A DNA stretch of 64,000 bases, taken from positions 32,364,001-32,428,000 of the forward strand of contig CM022672.1 in the NCBI GenBank assembly GCA_012295275.1. The letters run 5' to 3'. Positions 14,325-28,281 of this stretch are shown piece after piece. The translations under genes and the position numbers were made by a program. The stretch comes from Chrysomallon squamiferum (taxonomy: Eukaryota; Animalia; Mollusca). Position 1 is the stretch's first letter. Every line of letters begins with the position of its first letter. The notes beneath the pieces are model-generated. The model made no database searches. It worked only from the letters and a program-made list of their open reading frames with translations, and was not told where the DNA came from.

Positions 14325-14960
14325 AAGATGTTATGAGACAAGTCAGTTGAAGATGACCAGTCAATTAAAGATACAGCAAAGACATTGAATATTTCAAAGT
14401 CTACAATGCACTGCTCTATGACAGATGCAAAGCCAAAATACACCACTGACAACAATTTCAAGCCAGATTACAACAGTCATCAAGTTATTGATGAGATAGA
14501 ACAAAGGTAATTGCGGGACTATTTGTTAACTCCTTCTAAACACATCATGACTTAGCTACAGCAGAGACCAGAACACTATTATTCCAGTTTCCCAGAAACC
14601 ACATCTTTCTGATCAGCAAGAACAAGTTTTGGCACTAGCTTCAACAGGGAAAACGTTGGTGAATATTTAACAATTTGGAACATATCATGGTTTGTTATAA
14701 ATATAAAGCCAGGCTGATTTGTAAAGGAAATGAGATTAGGCTCACAACTGTCCACAGGCCTGCAATTGTTATTGCTGAAACTGGAATGAAGCAAGTAATA
14801 TCAGCAGAACGCAGAATACTTGTTACAATGAACTGTGCAAAAATTAATTGGGAAATGATGCTCCACTGGTTCCTCATCTTCCTGTGAGTGAATTTTAGAG
14901 ATTTTATGATAAAGAATATTCCACCTTGATGGAGTTTCACATAAGAGAGAATGGATGTCT
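14325..14960 (+). mobile_element. Decayed pogo/Fot1-like (HTH-psq, CENP-B-type, DDE_1) transposase fragment
   Basis: Across frames: SIKDTAKTLNISKSTM (psq-type HTH), LRDYLL, FNRENVGE, and LTTVHRPAIVIAETGMKQVISAERRILVTM, which matches the pogo-like pattern DETGLTTVxxPxxVIAxxGxKQVxxxxSAERGxLVT. It has stops and frameshifts, and the first catalytic D is lost. Confidence 0.8.
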
Positions 14961-17240
14961 AGTACCAACTTTCAAGTTTAGCTTGATCATTATAACAAGC
15001 ATACAGCATGCAAACCCAGAAAACCAAGTGAGCTTTCTGTTGAAACATTTACTTTTTGCTACTGCTGTATTAATTAGACATTTAGGTAAAAAACATGATT
15101 GTAATTATGTTACAGTTTCAGAATTTGTAATTTTATCATCCTATACTATAATATGTATATTTCACAGATGTTTGCAAATTTTCAAAGTCAAATCCTGTAT
15201 TAATATTAAAGAAATCAATACTCATATAAGTAATAGATCTTACTTATCTCTTACCTGAATGCAGTGAATCATAATCTCATTGAGAAGGAAGACACTTGAA
15301 GGATGAAGATAGAGAATTGGAGGTGAAAATAAAATATAGTATGTACTTTACTTTTCTTATTTCAATTCTTTTTAAACACCATAAGTCAACTGTTTAAGTT
15401 CAGAATGAGAGAAATAAAATCATGTCATGTAGTCACAAAGTCAGAGTTAAAAAAAATTACAAAATAAAAACAATATTACAAGTTACACATAAACAATTTG
15501 TAGAATTCACTTCAACATATTTTTTTTTTTTTTAAAAAGAATTTAAATTGTAATTTTACTAAATTAAGTTAAACTTACGAATTTCTCCTCCTTTCTGGAT
15601 TGAATGAAACATCAGAAAATTAACAAACAACAACAACAACAACAGAAAAATAAAAGTTATAATAATAATATACATTGTCTTTTGTTTTTGTCTCTTTATT
15701 AATAAACTTAACTTTGTTAATAATAGCTTCAGAACAGAAACTTATAATGATTGAACACAGAAAATAGTACAGACATATATACAAATATATAATATGTATC
15801 ATATCACTTAAATAGCGAATAGACACATACAATATTTAGTTTACAAATGAAATATTTTAGAATTAATAATTTACTACAATATCTATTTTCTCATCATTTT
15901 ACCACTTTACATTTAATTTATGTAAAACTTCTAGCAACTTCTGTCTTGAGATACCTGACATTTTAAGTAAACATTTATAACAGAAGAAAACTGATAATGT
16001 CACAGTGCCAGTGCATAATGTGTTGTTATCATGTCTAGAGGAGGTAGAACTTAGAGCACTGTGTCAGGGATTAGTGAATTCAAACTGAGAGAGTATTTGA
16101 TTATTATGATGTGTAAAACATTCACTAGGCAAATAACACTTCAACAAGAATACAGCTTGAGTTATTTCTTAATTTACAATCATTTTCTAATCATACACAT
16201 GTAAACTAAATCAACTAAATTATTTCTTGATTTGGAGAAATCTAATTTAAAATTCAGAATCAATCATGGGAGAATATGGCTAATTATGTTCACATAAGTT
16301 ACAAATATATATCAGACACATAAACAGACTACACTCCATAATGAAGGTATTGAAACACATGAAAAAATTACTTTACCATATTCCACAGCCAAATTAACTC
16401 AAATTCTCTCCCTTATCTTTGAAGACTTTGGTATCCTTCTTAATAACATTCAAAATAAAAATAAAACAGCACATTAATATTATTACATAATTTTTGTTCA
16501 TATCAGTATTGCTATTCAAATTCAAAACTTTATTACAAAAAGATTATCTATGTTCATATAAGTAAAATTACTGATTATATATATTTATATATAATTATAA
16601 CAATAACAAATACAGCTTCATTGTGACATCTTCAAAACATTATTGAAAGTTTTAATGTTTCATGTTTAAAAATATATTATAATTTATTTTACACTTTACA
16701 TTTTTAATTAATTGCATAAAATGTTGTTTGTTATAAAAACATACTTTGTTTTAATCTCTATGTTGAATAAGTAGACAGAAAATGGCTGGCTAACCGTTTA
16801 CATTTCTCACAATAACACGCTTTAAGAACAGCGAAGATGATTTATTATATACAAGTACAAAAAAAAAATAATAAGAAGAAGAAAATAAGAAATAAAAAAA
16901 AAAATAAAAATAATATAAAAACAAATATTAAATAAATTAAATAATATTAAATTAAAAGATTAAAAAAAAAAAAAAAAAAAAAAAAAAATAACGAAAAGAT
17001 TTAATAAGATATAAAATTACAGAGACCTAGCCACTCACTAATCTGTCTAATATGCAGAAAATAATAATTTAGAAACATAAAAGAAGGAATTGACTCACTT
17101 GAACAACTCTCTCTCTGTACAGATCTCCGTGTGGTAAATGATGACGAAAGATGAACTTTGACCTTTAACTCACATATTTGTGACGTGTAGTGAAACGAGT
17201 TTTCACGTTCTCAGCTCCAGATTTAGCATGTAGTAATCTA

Positions 17241-17282
<42 letters not shown>

Positions 17283-17403
17283 TAAAAAAAAAAAAAATTT
17301 AGAAATAAACATATGAAAAACTCGACGGATACGGTCTGAATTTTATTTATTTATTTATTTATTTACTATTTTATCTCGTGTACTAGAAAATGTAACGATT
17401 ACT

Positions 17404-17448
<45 letters not shown>

Positions 17449-18297
17449 TAATTTGAAAATAAACATTGCTTCTCATCCTATCATGATAAAAACTGGATGT
17501 AGATAGTCTGATTTTCTTTCTTTATTTATTTACTATTTTAAAGGTTATTTCTTTATCTATTAGATTTCTTTCTTCAATTATTATTATTATTATTATTATT
17601 ATTATTGTTATTATTGTTTTTATTTTTGTTTTGTTGTCATCGATGCTGTTGTTGTAAAAAATACTCAAAAGAAAAAGTATTTCTTCATTTTTCGGAAAGA
17701 ATTGTAAAGCACAGTTGTTTCTAGAGTATTCAGGTGAAATTCACATCTGTAGTGAGTCCTGCGAACTGGGTGGGATGATATGGGGTGGGGAGCATCATGT
17801 TTTTATTTTATTTTTATTTAAAAAAATAAAAAGTAAATATAAATAAGAAACAAACGTAACATTTATTTAGTTTATGGTTTCTAAACTATTACCTTCTACA
17901 CACACACACACACACACACACACATACTCACACATAAAAACATGATATAGACCCGTTCTCTGCCGGAGAACCACCGATATCCACCTAAATGTCCGTCTGA
18001 GAAAACTCGGACTAGGTGTTGGCGTGGAGTGGGGAAATGGCCTAGTTTATTAACTTGGGGACGAATTTAGGACGATCTATAAACGAGTTGTCATGGCAGC
18101 GAAGCACGTTGTTTTATGATGATTGACGCTGATTGATTTCTCGTCAGCGTGTGCTCGCATGCGTTTGAATTTATGAGTATTTTGTCGATGTGCGTACGCG
18201 TGTTTAGCTAAACAAAAACACACAAATGAATGAAAAACACGTTAAAACTGATTCTAATTTTTGGTTTATATGGAATAATAATAATGAGAATAATAAC

Positions 18298-18349
<52 letters not shown>

Positions 18350-18804
18350 GTAATAGTAAGAAGAAGAAGAAGAAGAAGAAGATAATGGAAATATGTAATA
18401 TATACAAAAATTCCAAATTCTGCTGCAGTAACACATTTTAATATTCTATAAATTTAAATAACCATAATGAATTAATTGATCTTTACAACCCACTTTTAGC
18501 AGGTGTCTTTTTTTTCTTTTTCTTTTTCTTTTTTTCTTATTATAAATAAATAAATAAATAAATCGCAATGATCAGATTGTTACGTTCGCTGTCACAGCTC
18601 ATAGTGATGACCTTAAAGTTCAGAAGCAGTTCTGACAAGTGACGTCATTTCTATTTTTGGATGCTGACAATTTATTTCAAAGGCACTTTAATTACAAAAG
18701 TTATATTAAAATGTTTAAAACTTGAATTTAAAAATATTACCTAATTTATTTTGTTTCTTTTATTGATATTATTTTATATTATTTTATTTTATTTAAATAA
18801 TAAC

Positions 18805-18864
<60 letters not shown>

Positions 18865-19004
18865 CATAATCATAATAATAATAATAATAATAGTATTTAT
18901 TATTATTATTATTATTATTTTTTTTGATTAAATTGTAAAAGCTGACACGATCAAGTTTGTCATCAAAATCATTCTAACGTAACGATCTAGCGTAAAGTTA
19001 TAAC

Positions 19005-19058
<54 letters not shown>

Positions 19059-20150
19059 GAGGAAAGAAAGAAAGAAATGTATTTTCTGTGCAGTTTCTTT
19101 TTTTGTAACTAAATTACAGTTAAGATTGTCATTACTGTTTGGACAGGGTTAGGGATATCATTAGGTTTAGGGTTATGGTTAGGGTTTGTGTTAGCGATAG
19201 CATTAAGGTCTTTGTTGTTGTTTTTGCTAATGATGCTATTGTGGTAGTTGGTATTTTCTCAGATGTGATTATTATTATTATTATTTGTATTGATGTTGCT
19301 TTCGTTATCATGTCATCAGTGTTGATTTTAATATTATTGCTGTAGTTATTGCCGGCTCATATTAGTTTTCGCTTTTGACGACAATTGTCTTTTATAGATG
19401 TTTAATATCATTATAATTAATATTACTAGTGACGTCGTTGTTAAAGTTTTTACTGTTATTATTATTAATATTATTGTTGTAGTTGTTAGTGTTATCATTA
19501 TTATGATGATGATTATCATCATCATTTGTACTGATATTCTTCTGAAGCTGTTATTCTTAGATCGTTATCGTTGTTGATGTTGTTGTTATTATACATACGT
19601 CAAACAAGAGAATGTTACACATCAGGAAACAAATAAAATGTATTATTATTACTGAATACTGAACTAAAGATAATTTTAAGTTATGTTTAAATCAAAATCT
19701 CTCACACACACATACACACTCACAGACAACATATGAAGTTTTGTTTTCTAGGGGTTACATGAAATATTTAATCAAAACAATCATTTTATAGATATAATTA
19801 ATACTAGTTATTTTCTATTTTAAATATAAGTTATCTTAAATTTTATCCTAACACTGGTCATAATATTGTTTTAGATAAAATGTTACTAAAATTTTGTAAT
19901 AAAACTCATCTTAAATTAATATATTACATTTTACGTGCAAAGTCTGTTGATGCATTTAGATAATTAAATCTAACTTTTACTCTAAACCTAAGACAAAGAA
20001 CAGTCCTAACACTATCCTTAACGCAAACCCTAAAAATATCCCTAAACCTAGGAATACATTTTCTGTTGCAATAAATAAATTAAAGATTTATTCAAATGAA
20101 AGTTATTTTAACACTCATCATAAACTTCACCAATATACATATACATATAC

Positions 20151-20195
<45 letters not shown>

Positions 20196-21339
20196 AAATC
20201 AAAGTATTCTTAAGCTTTATTCTTGGACTGATAATAACGTACCCCTAACCATAACCTTAACCTCAATCGTAATCCTAACTTTAAATAAAACATAACTATA
20301 ATTTTATCTTAAAACAAGTCAACATTTTAAAAATAAATGTTATTTTTTATTTTATCCTAGCACTTATTATTAACCTTTAAAAGATACTTTTTCAACAAAT
20401 TTCTTATACAATTTTTGCCATATTATATGAAAACCCTCTTCATACATGTAGATAATTAAAGCTAAAATTAACACCAAATCTCACTTAAAACTTCAGAATA
20501 ACCCTAACACAAACCCAAATACTAACTCTACTGCTAACCTTAACCCTAAAGCTAATGCTAACTCTACCCATAATCTTACTTGAAAAATATCATGAATTAA
20601 GGATTTATCAAAATAAAAGTTATTTAAATTTTATTCTAAAACTAATCATAACATTTTTGAAGTCTCATATGAAAAATAGACAAATATATCTTGCATTAAA
20701 CCTAACCCTAACTTCAGTCAAAATATTCCTTCTAACCATTTGATAAAATAATGTTTTAATTAGGTAATTGTTTGTTGTTTTTGTGTGTTTTTGTAAACTG
20801 CCCTAACTCTTATCAAAATCTTTCCAATACTTAATAAATTAATCTAAAGCTTTATACTAACACTCATTATTACTTTTCCTAATTGAACTTTTTCAGAACA
20901 AAAAGTTATTTTAAATTTTATCATAAACTCCTCTAATACATTTGCAAGTTAATTTCTTCTTAACACTAAATATAAACTTTATCAAGTTAATTTTTTAAAA
21001 TAAGACTTTTATCTCTTTTATATTTTATTTCACCCTAACATTGATCATAACATTTTTAAAATTCGATATAATAAGTCTCTTGAAACAAATAGGTAATTAC
21101 ATCTAGCATTGACCCTGACCGTAACGTTTGTCAGAACATTCTTTACAACAATATGATAAAATATGTTCTAATTAAACAAAAACATTATTAATAAAATAAT
21201 ATCCTAACATTAAAATTTTATCTTATAACTCAACTTTTGGAAAGGATTTTTTTTCAAAAATAAAACTGATTTTAAATTTTATCATTAAACTTATCGAATA
21301 CATTTTACATTTTTTTTTTTAAGAAAGTAAAGTTATTAT

Positions 21340-21672
21340 AGATACAGGATAAACAATACACGACTAAATCAGACATAGATATTGGATAAGCAATACAACG
21401 ACTAAAACAGACGTAGATATAGGATACGCATCAAACAACTAAAAGATGTAGATATAGGATAAACAATACACAGCTAAAACTGAAACAGAATAGGATAAAA
21501 AATACTTAGCTAAAATAGACGTAAATATAGGATAAACAGTACATATCTCAAACAGACATAGATATAGGATAAACAAAATACAGCTAAAACAGATGTAGCT
21601 ATAGCATAAACAATATATAGCTCAAACAGACGTAGATTTAGGATAAACAATACACGACTAAAACAGACGTAC
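21340..21672. repeat. ~39-bp minisatellite (gataaacaatacacgactaaaacagacgtagatatag-like), mirrored at ~50180-50580
   Basis: Degenerate tandem copies read directly. Confidence 0.85.
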
Positions 21673-21912
21673 ATATCTTAGTTCACATGCGTGTGTGTGT
21701 GTGTGTGTGTGTGTGTTGGTGAATTTTGATGAATATTATTTCATTGCAGAATTGTAGCTATTGATTTACCCTTGTCGTTTAAATTAAGAAATAATTTTTA
21801 TCATATCTGAGGCAATCCTTCTTATTTTAAATATGAATACAAAAGCAACAGAACAGGAACAAGTCAAAAAGAAATTTAGGAAATTAGTGTTCGTGTTTTT
21901 GTCAAAGATTCG

Positions 21913-21961
21913 TCATTTTCCATCTGAGTTCTTTGTAAACACATCAGGGATGGTGACCAAC
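21913..21961 (-). CDS. 2-Ig membrane protein, copy L, coding exon 5 (T-LVTIPDVFTKNSDGK*)
   Basis: Acceptor ttttgtttcttttaag; phase 2 start matches the exon 4 donor; ends in TGA at 21913. Identical in the right arm (49873-49921). Confidence 0.7.
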
Positions 21962-22020
21962 CTTAAAAGAAACAAAACAAAACAAATTAATATAAATAAA
22001 AAGATTACAATATTATTATT

Positions 22021-23071
22021 CAGGGTTCGTACACCTCGGGCTGTCAAAATTTCCATAACTTTTCCAAAACTTTCCATAGCCCACAAATCCAAATTTTCAA
22101 AACCATTTCCAAGCAAACTCAATCACAACAAAGTGTGTTTTGCAGCTTTCAGCCTTTTGCCTTGACTGAGTTGCATAATATACATGTAGAATTATTAGTA
22201 ATAAAAAAAAAAAAAAAAAATGCAATTTATTTTCGCACTTTAAAACGGTTTTATTCTTGGTATGGACATGACTATAATGATACTTAAGACAGATCTGCAG
22301 AAAATAAAAAATAAAACTAACGCTAAGGGGCCGTTCAAACGTTGTCAAAATTAAACACCCACCCGACCCTTGTAACGCTAGACTATACAAAATATAAGGT
22401 GACGCTCGAAGATATCTCCTCCAACACACAGACGTGCGGGTTTTCACTTGATCTCCATTTAAATACAATGTGAAAAATTCAAATTGGTGTATCAAAGCAT
22501 TTCACCTGCATATATAATTGTGATGGGTTTACATTTATCTGTAAAAACCAACATTAAGGTATTTTTCAGAAAATAACTCGCAACTGTTTTTTTCTTTTCG
22601 GAGGGGGCGGTTTATAAGAAGCCTTGTTTATTTCTGTCTTAAATTCCAAAACCAAACAAACACGTGTAATCGTAAATAGTAGCTACTTAATGAGTTAAAT
22701 ATATATATTACATGTTTCTTAGGAATATACTATTATAAACAAAAACAAGTCTATTAACGAACAATTCATCCAGAAAAGTCGCTAATAAAAACAAACAATA
22801 AAAAAGAATAAAAAAACAACATTAAAAACGGATACACATTTGACCACTGGACCGCTTGCTAGGCTATAACAGCGCTTCATTATATTGGTGTTGGGTCGGG
22901 GTTAAATATTAGTGAGAAAAACGAGTTTTTCATACATTTTCTTTATGGCAAGGATATACTTTTCCAAAACTTTTCCATAGCCAAGGTAACAAAACCTGAT
23001 TTTTCAAAACTTTCAAGGTCCTGGAAATTTCCAAAACATACCAAGAATTTCCAAAACGCATACGAACCCTG
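22021..23071. mobile_element. Non-autonomous TIR element in intron 4 (TIR CAGGGTTCGTA)
   Basis: cagggttcgtac at 22021 and tacgaaccctg ending at 23071, with internal repeats of ttttccaaaact(t)ttccatagcc. The flanks are ATT-rich, so the TSD is ambiguous. The right-arm copy keeps only one TIR (49801-49812). Confidence 0.55.
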
Positions 23072-23123
23072 ATTATTACTATTATTGTTGTTGTTGTTAT
23101 TATTATTATTATCACGTTAATAC

Positions 23124-23234
<111 letters not shown>

Positions 23235-23254
23235 GTTATTTGGTAGGTACTCAC

Positions 23255-23321
23255 GTTAATGCAATACATCCTATCATCATCCACATTGTTGCGTGTTTAC
23301 AGTAGACAGGAGGTGCACATG
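23255..23321 (-). CDS. 2-Ig membrane protein, copy L, coding exon 4 (S-CAPPVYCKHATMWMMIGCIAL-T; stalk and start of hydrophobic segment)
   Basis: Acceptor ctttatctcag and donor AC|gtgagt; 67 nt, phase 1 to 2, in frame with both neighbours. Confidence 0.75.
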
Positions 23322-23530
23322 CTGAGATAAAGAATATAGAATACAAAATATATACATAACTGTACTGTTCATCTCATTGATGTACTCTTAGAATCAAAAT
23401 TATAATAAAATGTCTTAGTTTTAACCAAGTATGAATTAACAATTAATCAGTTACGATTGTCCTGTTTACTGGTCTCATGGTGAAAAAAAAAAATAATACT
23501 ACTAATAAAATAAAATAAAATAATATAAAA

Positions 23531-23565
<35 letters not shown>

Positions 23566-23748
23566 ATATTTTATTTCAAAAAAAATAAATTTAAAAAATT
23601 GAAGATATCAAAACAAATAAATATCAAACTGTTATTATTTATTTATCTATTTTATTTTCTTTTATTGTAGGTATTTGTTTTAAATTAATATTACTTTCTT
23701 GTCTTTAGCATCAGTCATTAACAAAGAGAATTTGAAAAGAAATCTTAC

Positions 23749-24087
23749 ATGTTTCCAAGTCATATTTCAGCGTGTAAATGTTGCTGGTCGTGCCAGCGAC
23801 TTCTAAACGACAATGCCAGTCTGTGACATCCTCACGACGAACTTTGTAGATCCTCAGACTGTACGCCTTTAGCTGTGTGTAGCTGTCATATGTCCCTTTC
23901 GCACACATTGCCGTGTAACCTTCGGGCGGTTCACTGTCTACGTGACAACCTTTCGACTGTTGGAATGAACAGAATAATTCTTTTCTGTAAATTTTTATAA
24001 ACTCATCTATACCAAAAGCATTTGTTAGTAAGCAGGTCAATGTGAAAGATTCACCCTCTTGTTTGCCCAACATAACCACTGGTTTAT
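23749..24087 (-). CDS. 2-Ig membrane protein, copy L, coding exon 3 (Ig-like domain 2)
   Basis: Acceptor ttttcctttacctcgcag and donor T|gtaaga; 339 nt symmetric phase 1-1 exon. B-strand-like FTLTC and E/F-strand-like YSLRIYKVRREDVTDWHC. Confidence 0.85.
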
Positions 24088-24777
24088 CTGCGAGGTAAAG
24101 GAAAATACCTGGATTAAGAAAAGCAACTCAAAATCTTTGATTGGTTGGTAAGAGAAACTGTTGTAGAGATGTTAGATTTTGTCAACTAATTTATTTGTTT
24201 TCACGGTCATTATTTTACTGTGTACAAATGTTCAACTTTATTCTGTTATTGGTTCAATTTATTTATTCTTACTGGCTTTCTTGATCTCACATAATCTTGT
24301 GGGAAGCACATGTAAATTTCATGAGGACTTTTTTCAACGTTCTAAAAATGATTACGTCACTGTTTGTAAAATACATTTTCATGGGCGATCTTTTCATAAC
24401 TCGTGTTCTTACCCTTTCAGCGATTTATTTATCGCGCACGTAATCATACCATTGTGGCATATTTAAGACAAAAACAAAAGGCGGAGAAAAAATCTATCAC
24501 TTACATAGTATCATTATTTGTCCAGTGATTTGAACGCCATGGCTAACAGTAAGAGCGTTTTGCATTGTAACAGTTAGTTAACAATACGTTAACCTAATGC
24601 TGTATCCTTACGCGAGCGAGGCGAGCGATTTTTTTTGTTTTGTTCAAATCACTGATTTCAGTTGGAGCATCATAACTACACGTGTACGGCGCGACATTTT
24701 TAGTGTACGCGCCCGATAGGATGCACCATGACAGAGATTTTCTGAAAGCACCTGGTATTGTGTTATAACAAAGTTTT

Positions 24778-24945
24778 GTATTATAATAAAGTTTTCTGAC
24801 AGACGAGTGTCAGATCACTGGACAATTTGTATTACAATAAAGTTTTCTGACAGACGACTGTCAGATCACTGGACAGTTTGTATTATAATAAAGTTTTCTG
24901 ACAGACGAGTGTCAGATCACTGGACAGTTTGTATTTTAGTAAAGT
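24778..24945. repeat. 51-bp tandem x3 with internal hairpin TCTGACA-N6-TGTCAGA (x2 in the right arm, ~47070-47175)
   Basis: Units start at about 24778, 24829 and 24880. Confidence 0.9.
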
Positions 24946-25387
24946 TTACTGGGGAAGAAATCCCAATGAAAAAAGAACAAATTTGGAAAATATTATGTTT
25001 TGAGATTTTATTGCTGTAGTAACTCGTTTGTTTATTGTTAATTTCGACCTGGCTTGTACAGAACGTACTGTACTTGCACTTTGTAAAAAGTATGAAAGGA
25101 ACTATTATGGAGAACTATCAGATGACTTTTAAAAATGTTTTAGCTGTTGTTAAAAATGTGAGTAATACAGTAACAGAGTTTTAGTTTTCACGACTGATGC
25201 AAAACGAAACAGTTTTACATTTTTATTTATTTATTTATGTATTTATTTATTTATTTTACACAAATGATTTCGAGAAAGATCTAATTAAGATAATTTGTGA
25301 ACCAGTCTATTTGGAAAATATTTCACGATTTCGTTTTATGAAAATACTGTAGCTGAGAAAAAGTAGATGGTTTGCAAAAGATGATCG

Positions 25388-25438
<51 letters not shown>

Positions 25439-25519
25439 GTATGTTTGTGCTAAAGAAAAGTGGAAATATAATATGGAGCTATAACTTTCTTTTGTTAAAG
25501 CCAAAGTTGAATAGTAAAT

Positions 25520-25570
<51 letters not shown>

Positions 25571-25638
25571 TAAATAAATAAATAAATAAATAAATAAAAA
25601 TAAAACAAAAATAAAACAAAAGAATGAGAAAAGCTTAC

Positions 25639-25983
25639 CACCAAATGTCAACACATGATGGTTGCTCCGCATCTTCTTTTCTTTGACTGCACACTGCCAA
25701 GTCGTTACGTCGTCCACTTCTACGTTGAGTATGTTCAACGTGTACGACTTCGTGTTTGAGGAGCTGTCGCCTGTTCCACTGCCGCACTCTACAGAGTAAT
25801 GTTTTGGTAGATACTTAGTCGGAGAACAGCCGCCATTAGCCGACTGTTGTAATGCTGCAACTGGCTCCCTTTTCGATGACATTTCAAATAAAATGACGTC
25901 AGCAAGACCAACAGCATCGTCCATTGTACAGTTCAGAGTGTAAGACGGAAGGGATGCAGAGCCGGACAGATTCAGGAAATAAC
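25639..25983 (-). CDS. 2-Ig membrane protein, copy L, coding exon 2 (Ig-like domain 1)
   Basis: Acceptor acacatag and donor G|gtaagc; 345 nt symmetric phase 1-1 exon. Motifs YTLNC and YTLNILNVEVDDVTTWQC. It aligns with domain 2 (QQS..GC......Y...C..GT.DS....K.Y.L.I..V..(D/E)DVT.W.C). Confidence 0.85.
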
Positions 25984-26332
25984 CTATGTGTATATATTAC
26001 GTGTGACACGCTGCTGACCAATTCACGCTGCGCTATCTATGGATCTCTAGTTAGCGCACACATCAACTGTGTTGTTTTTTTATGCCAATGATCCATTGAC
26101 AGACAGTCGCGCAGGTAATGAGGACAGTGCACATCACGCACACACAGACGTCAGTGTGTGTGTGTGTGTGTGTGTGTGTTTTAGAGTAAAACTTTACAAA
26201 AATAAACTTAACTAGGTAAAATATAATGATAATGATAATAATGATGATAAATATAAAGTAATATAGAAATTATTTAAAAAGGAAATAGTTCAGTAATCAG
26301 TAACAAGTAAAATCATCTCTTATTTTAGATGG

Positions 26333-26410
<78 letters not shown>

Positions 26411-27241
26411 AACAAAATAAATAGTACTTCATTGGAAAAGCTTACGCATTAATTTGTTTTGTAAAAAGTAAAATATATTATGTTAAAAAATATTATACAG
26501 TTTTCACACTATATTCCTGGGTACTATTTTTGATTAGCAGTACCATACCTCACACAGGGTAGTATATACCAGTCATGGTGCACCAACTGGAACAAGAAAT
26601 GGCCGAATGAATCCACAGTGCAAAAAAAGAAAGAAAAAGAAACTGTGTGCTGTGTGTCTGCGTTGCATATGACCAAAATTAGTTGTGAGGTGAATTCAAA
26701 CTAAACATGTCGGCGATCTCTTGTAGATGTTCAACTATTACAAATAATCTTGACAATGCAGCTTTAAGACTCGTGCTTCATTTGTTATATTCTGGTTTGT
26801 TACTTTTCTTTTTTCTTTGCACTAAAATTAAACATGCTGCAATATTAGTTTAATACCAGAATATACAGGAGCAATATTAGTTTAATACAGCTTTGCAGGA
26901 GCAGTTAGCCTGTGATAGCTGTTTCGTGCTTTTTTGGAAAGGGCCGAGCTCTCAAGAAGATATGAAACCGACACATCATCTGGAATACTTTTTAGATCAG
27001 CTACGACATTTTGAATGTTAGCTTGTGGGACGTAGTAATAGTACTAAAGGGGGCGTGACTTAGTGAATAATTGTGGGAACATGAGTGACGTATCTATGAG
27101 TGAAATCCAACAGAATTTCGCGGTAGTACTTATAGAGTTAAAAGACAGCACACGTCGAAATGTTTTGAAATTCAGGACACTAATAACAACAGTTTATTAA
27201 GTAGCACTGATGTACGCATATGTTTGAAACAGTTCACATTA

Positions 27242-27287
<46 letters not shown>

Positions 27288-27410
27288 GTCTCTCTCTTTC
27301 ATTATATTATCTGTATATGTATCTATGTATATATGTATTATTGTTATTGTAGATTTTCTTGCCAAAAATACGAGTAATTAATCAAAATGGCAGCATTCTC
27401 TTTGCGAAAC

Positions 27411-27898
27411 GGTATCGTCTCGGTATGTGTTTTGACGCGGTATGGGTTTTGACGCACCTTCGTTAAATAACAAGTGCGCATAATATGGTGAAGAGTTTGT
27501 TTACAGAAGGTTTTTTTTTTATAAAAAATAATGCAATGCTTCCTATTCGCATGTTTGCAGTAACAATATAGCCAAAAGTAGTGTTTTTAATAAGGCACTT
27601 TTTAGTCATACATAAACAACCCCGTAACTCCAAAGTTTCGCAATGAATTTCACTCACAAGCTGCACAAAACATTGCCGTCTGCTGAGAATCAGAACATGA
27701 TAAAACAATTAGGAGTTTCAGTATACAGATAGTAACTAGAAACAAAGAAAAACTCGCAATATATTCTGAAATTAATATTATAATCATGTATATATATTAC
27801 ATCCTGTCTCTATCATTAATAACAAGGAAAACATCGTTATTTCTGTACAGCGCGAGATTGTTGCTTTTCTGCGTCAAAACCGATACCACGAGGATACA
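27411..27898. mobile_element. MITE/foldback remnant in intron 1 (mirrored at ~44063-44552)
   Basis: The left end has tandem ggtatNNgttttgacgc motifs. The right end gcgtcaaaaccgataccacgaggatac is their inverted counterpart. No TSD seen. Confidence 0.55.
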
Positions 27899-28220
27899 TT
27901 ATTAATAATTACTGTGGCATTTACATTTAGACATTATAAAACATAATATTAACAAACAAAAACATCTGTACACGAAAATTAACAAACGGCATATCTGTTA
28001 TCTTTGATTATAAATTCCCTCTCAACTTTTCTTTTTCCTTTTTTTTTTTAATTTCTTTTTTTTTTATAAAACACACCCATGACGTCATATTTGGAATCCC
28101 TCCCCTGCTTTTACACAGCTCAATTTCTACATAGAGCATTTCAGTTAGCCAGGTGAAAAATTGTGCAGTAAATCATCTCTACAAAAAAAAAGTTAGAAAA
28201 TACTGCAAAATATTAATTAC

Positions 28221-28281
28221 CTAAGCAAATATCGACTTGAAGCAAAAATGTCCATGTAAGCATGTATAAAAATGCCATCAT
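28221..28281 (-). CDS. 2-Ig membrane protein, copy L, coding exon 1 (signal peptide MMAFLYMLTWTFLLQVDICLG)
   Basis: ATG, hydrophobic core, small residues at -3/-1 (C-L-G), and a phase 1 donor G|gtaatt that joins Ig exon 1 in frame. It is preceded by ttttattcag, so an upstream UTR exon is possible. The five exons total 861 nt (286 aa plus stop). Confidence 0.75.

Noticed and set aside
17800-17860. Target-site duplication defining the palindrome as a giant transposon
   Set aside because: The outer flanks (..aagtaaatat at left, gacatgtttt.. at right) share no direct repeat, and no transposase lies inside the arms.
19140-20715. TTAGGG-like motifs followed by CCCTAA-like motifs as a telomere-fusion scar
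   Set aside because: The motifs are sparse and degenerate, embedded in AT-rich diverged repeats, with no true tandem telomeric array.
24179-24466. ORFs conserved in both arms (24179-24466, 22097-22495, 27463-27708 and their mirrors) as extra genes
   Set aside because: Their conservation simply reflects the recent duplication. They are intronic, lack recognisable motifs, and their ends differ between arms.
26614-26640. RSS heptamer CACAGTG in the Ig gene intron, suggesting V(D)J-like rearrangement
   Set aside because: There is no nonamer at 12/23 spacing and it is not adjacent to a coding end. Each Ig domain is already a complete exon.
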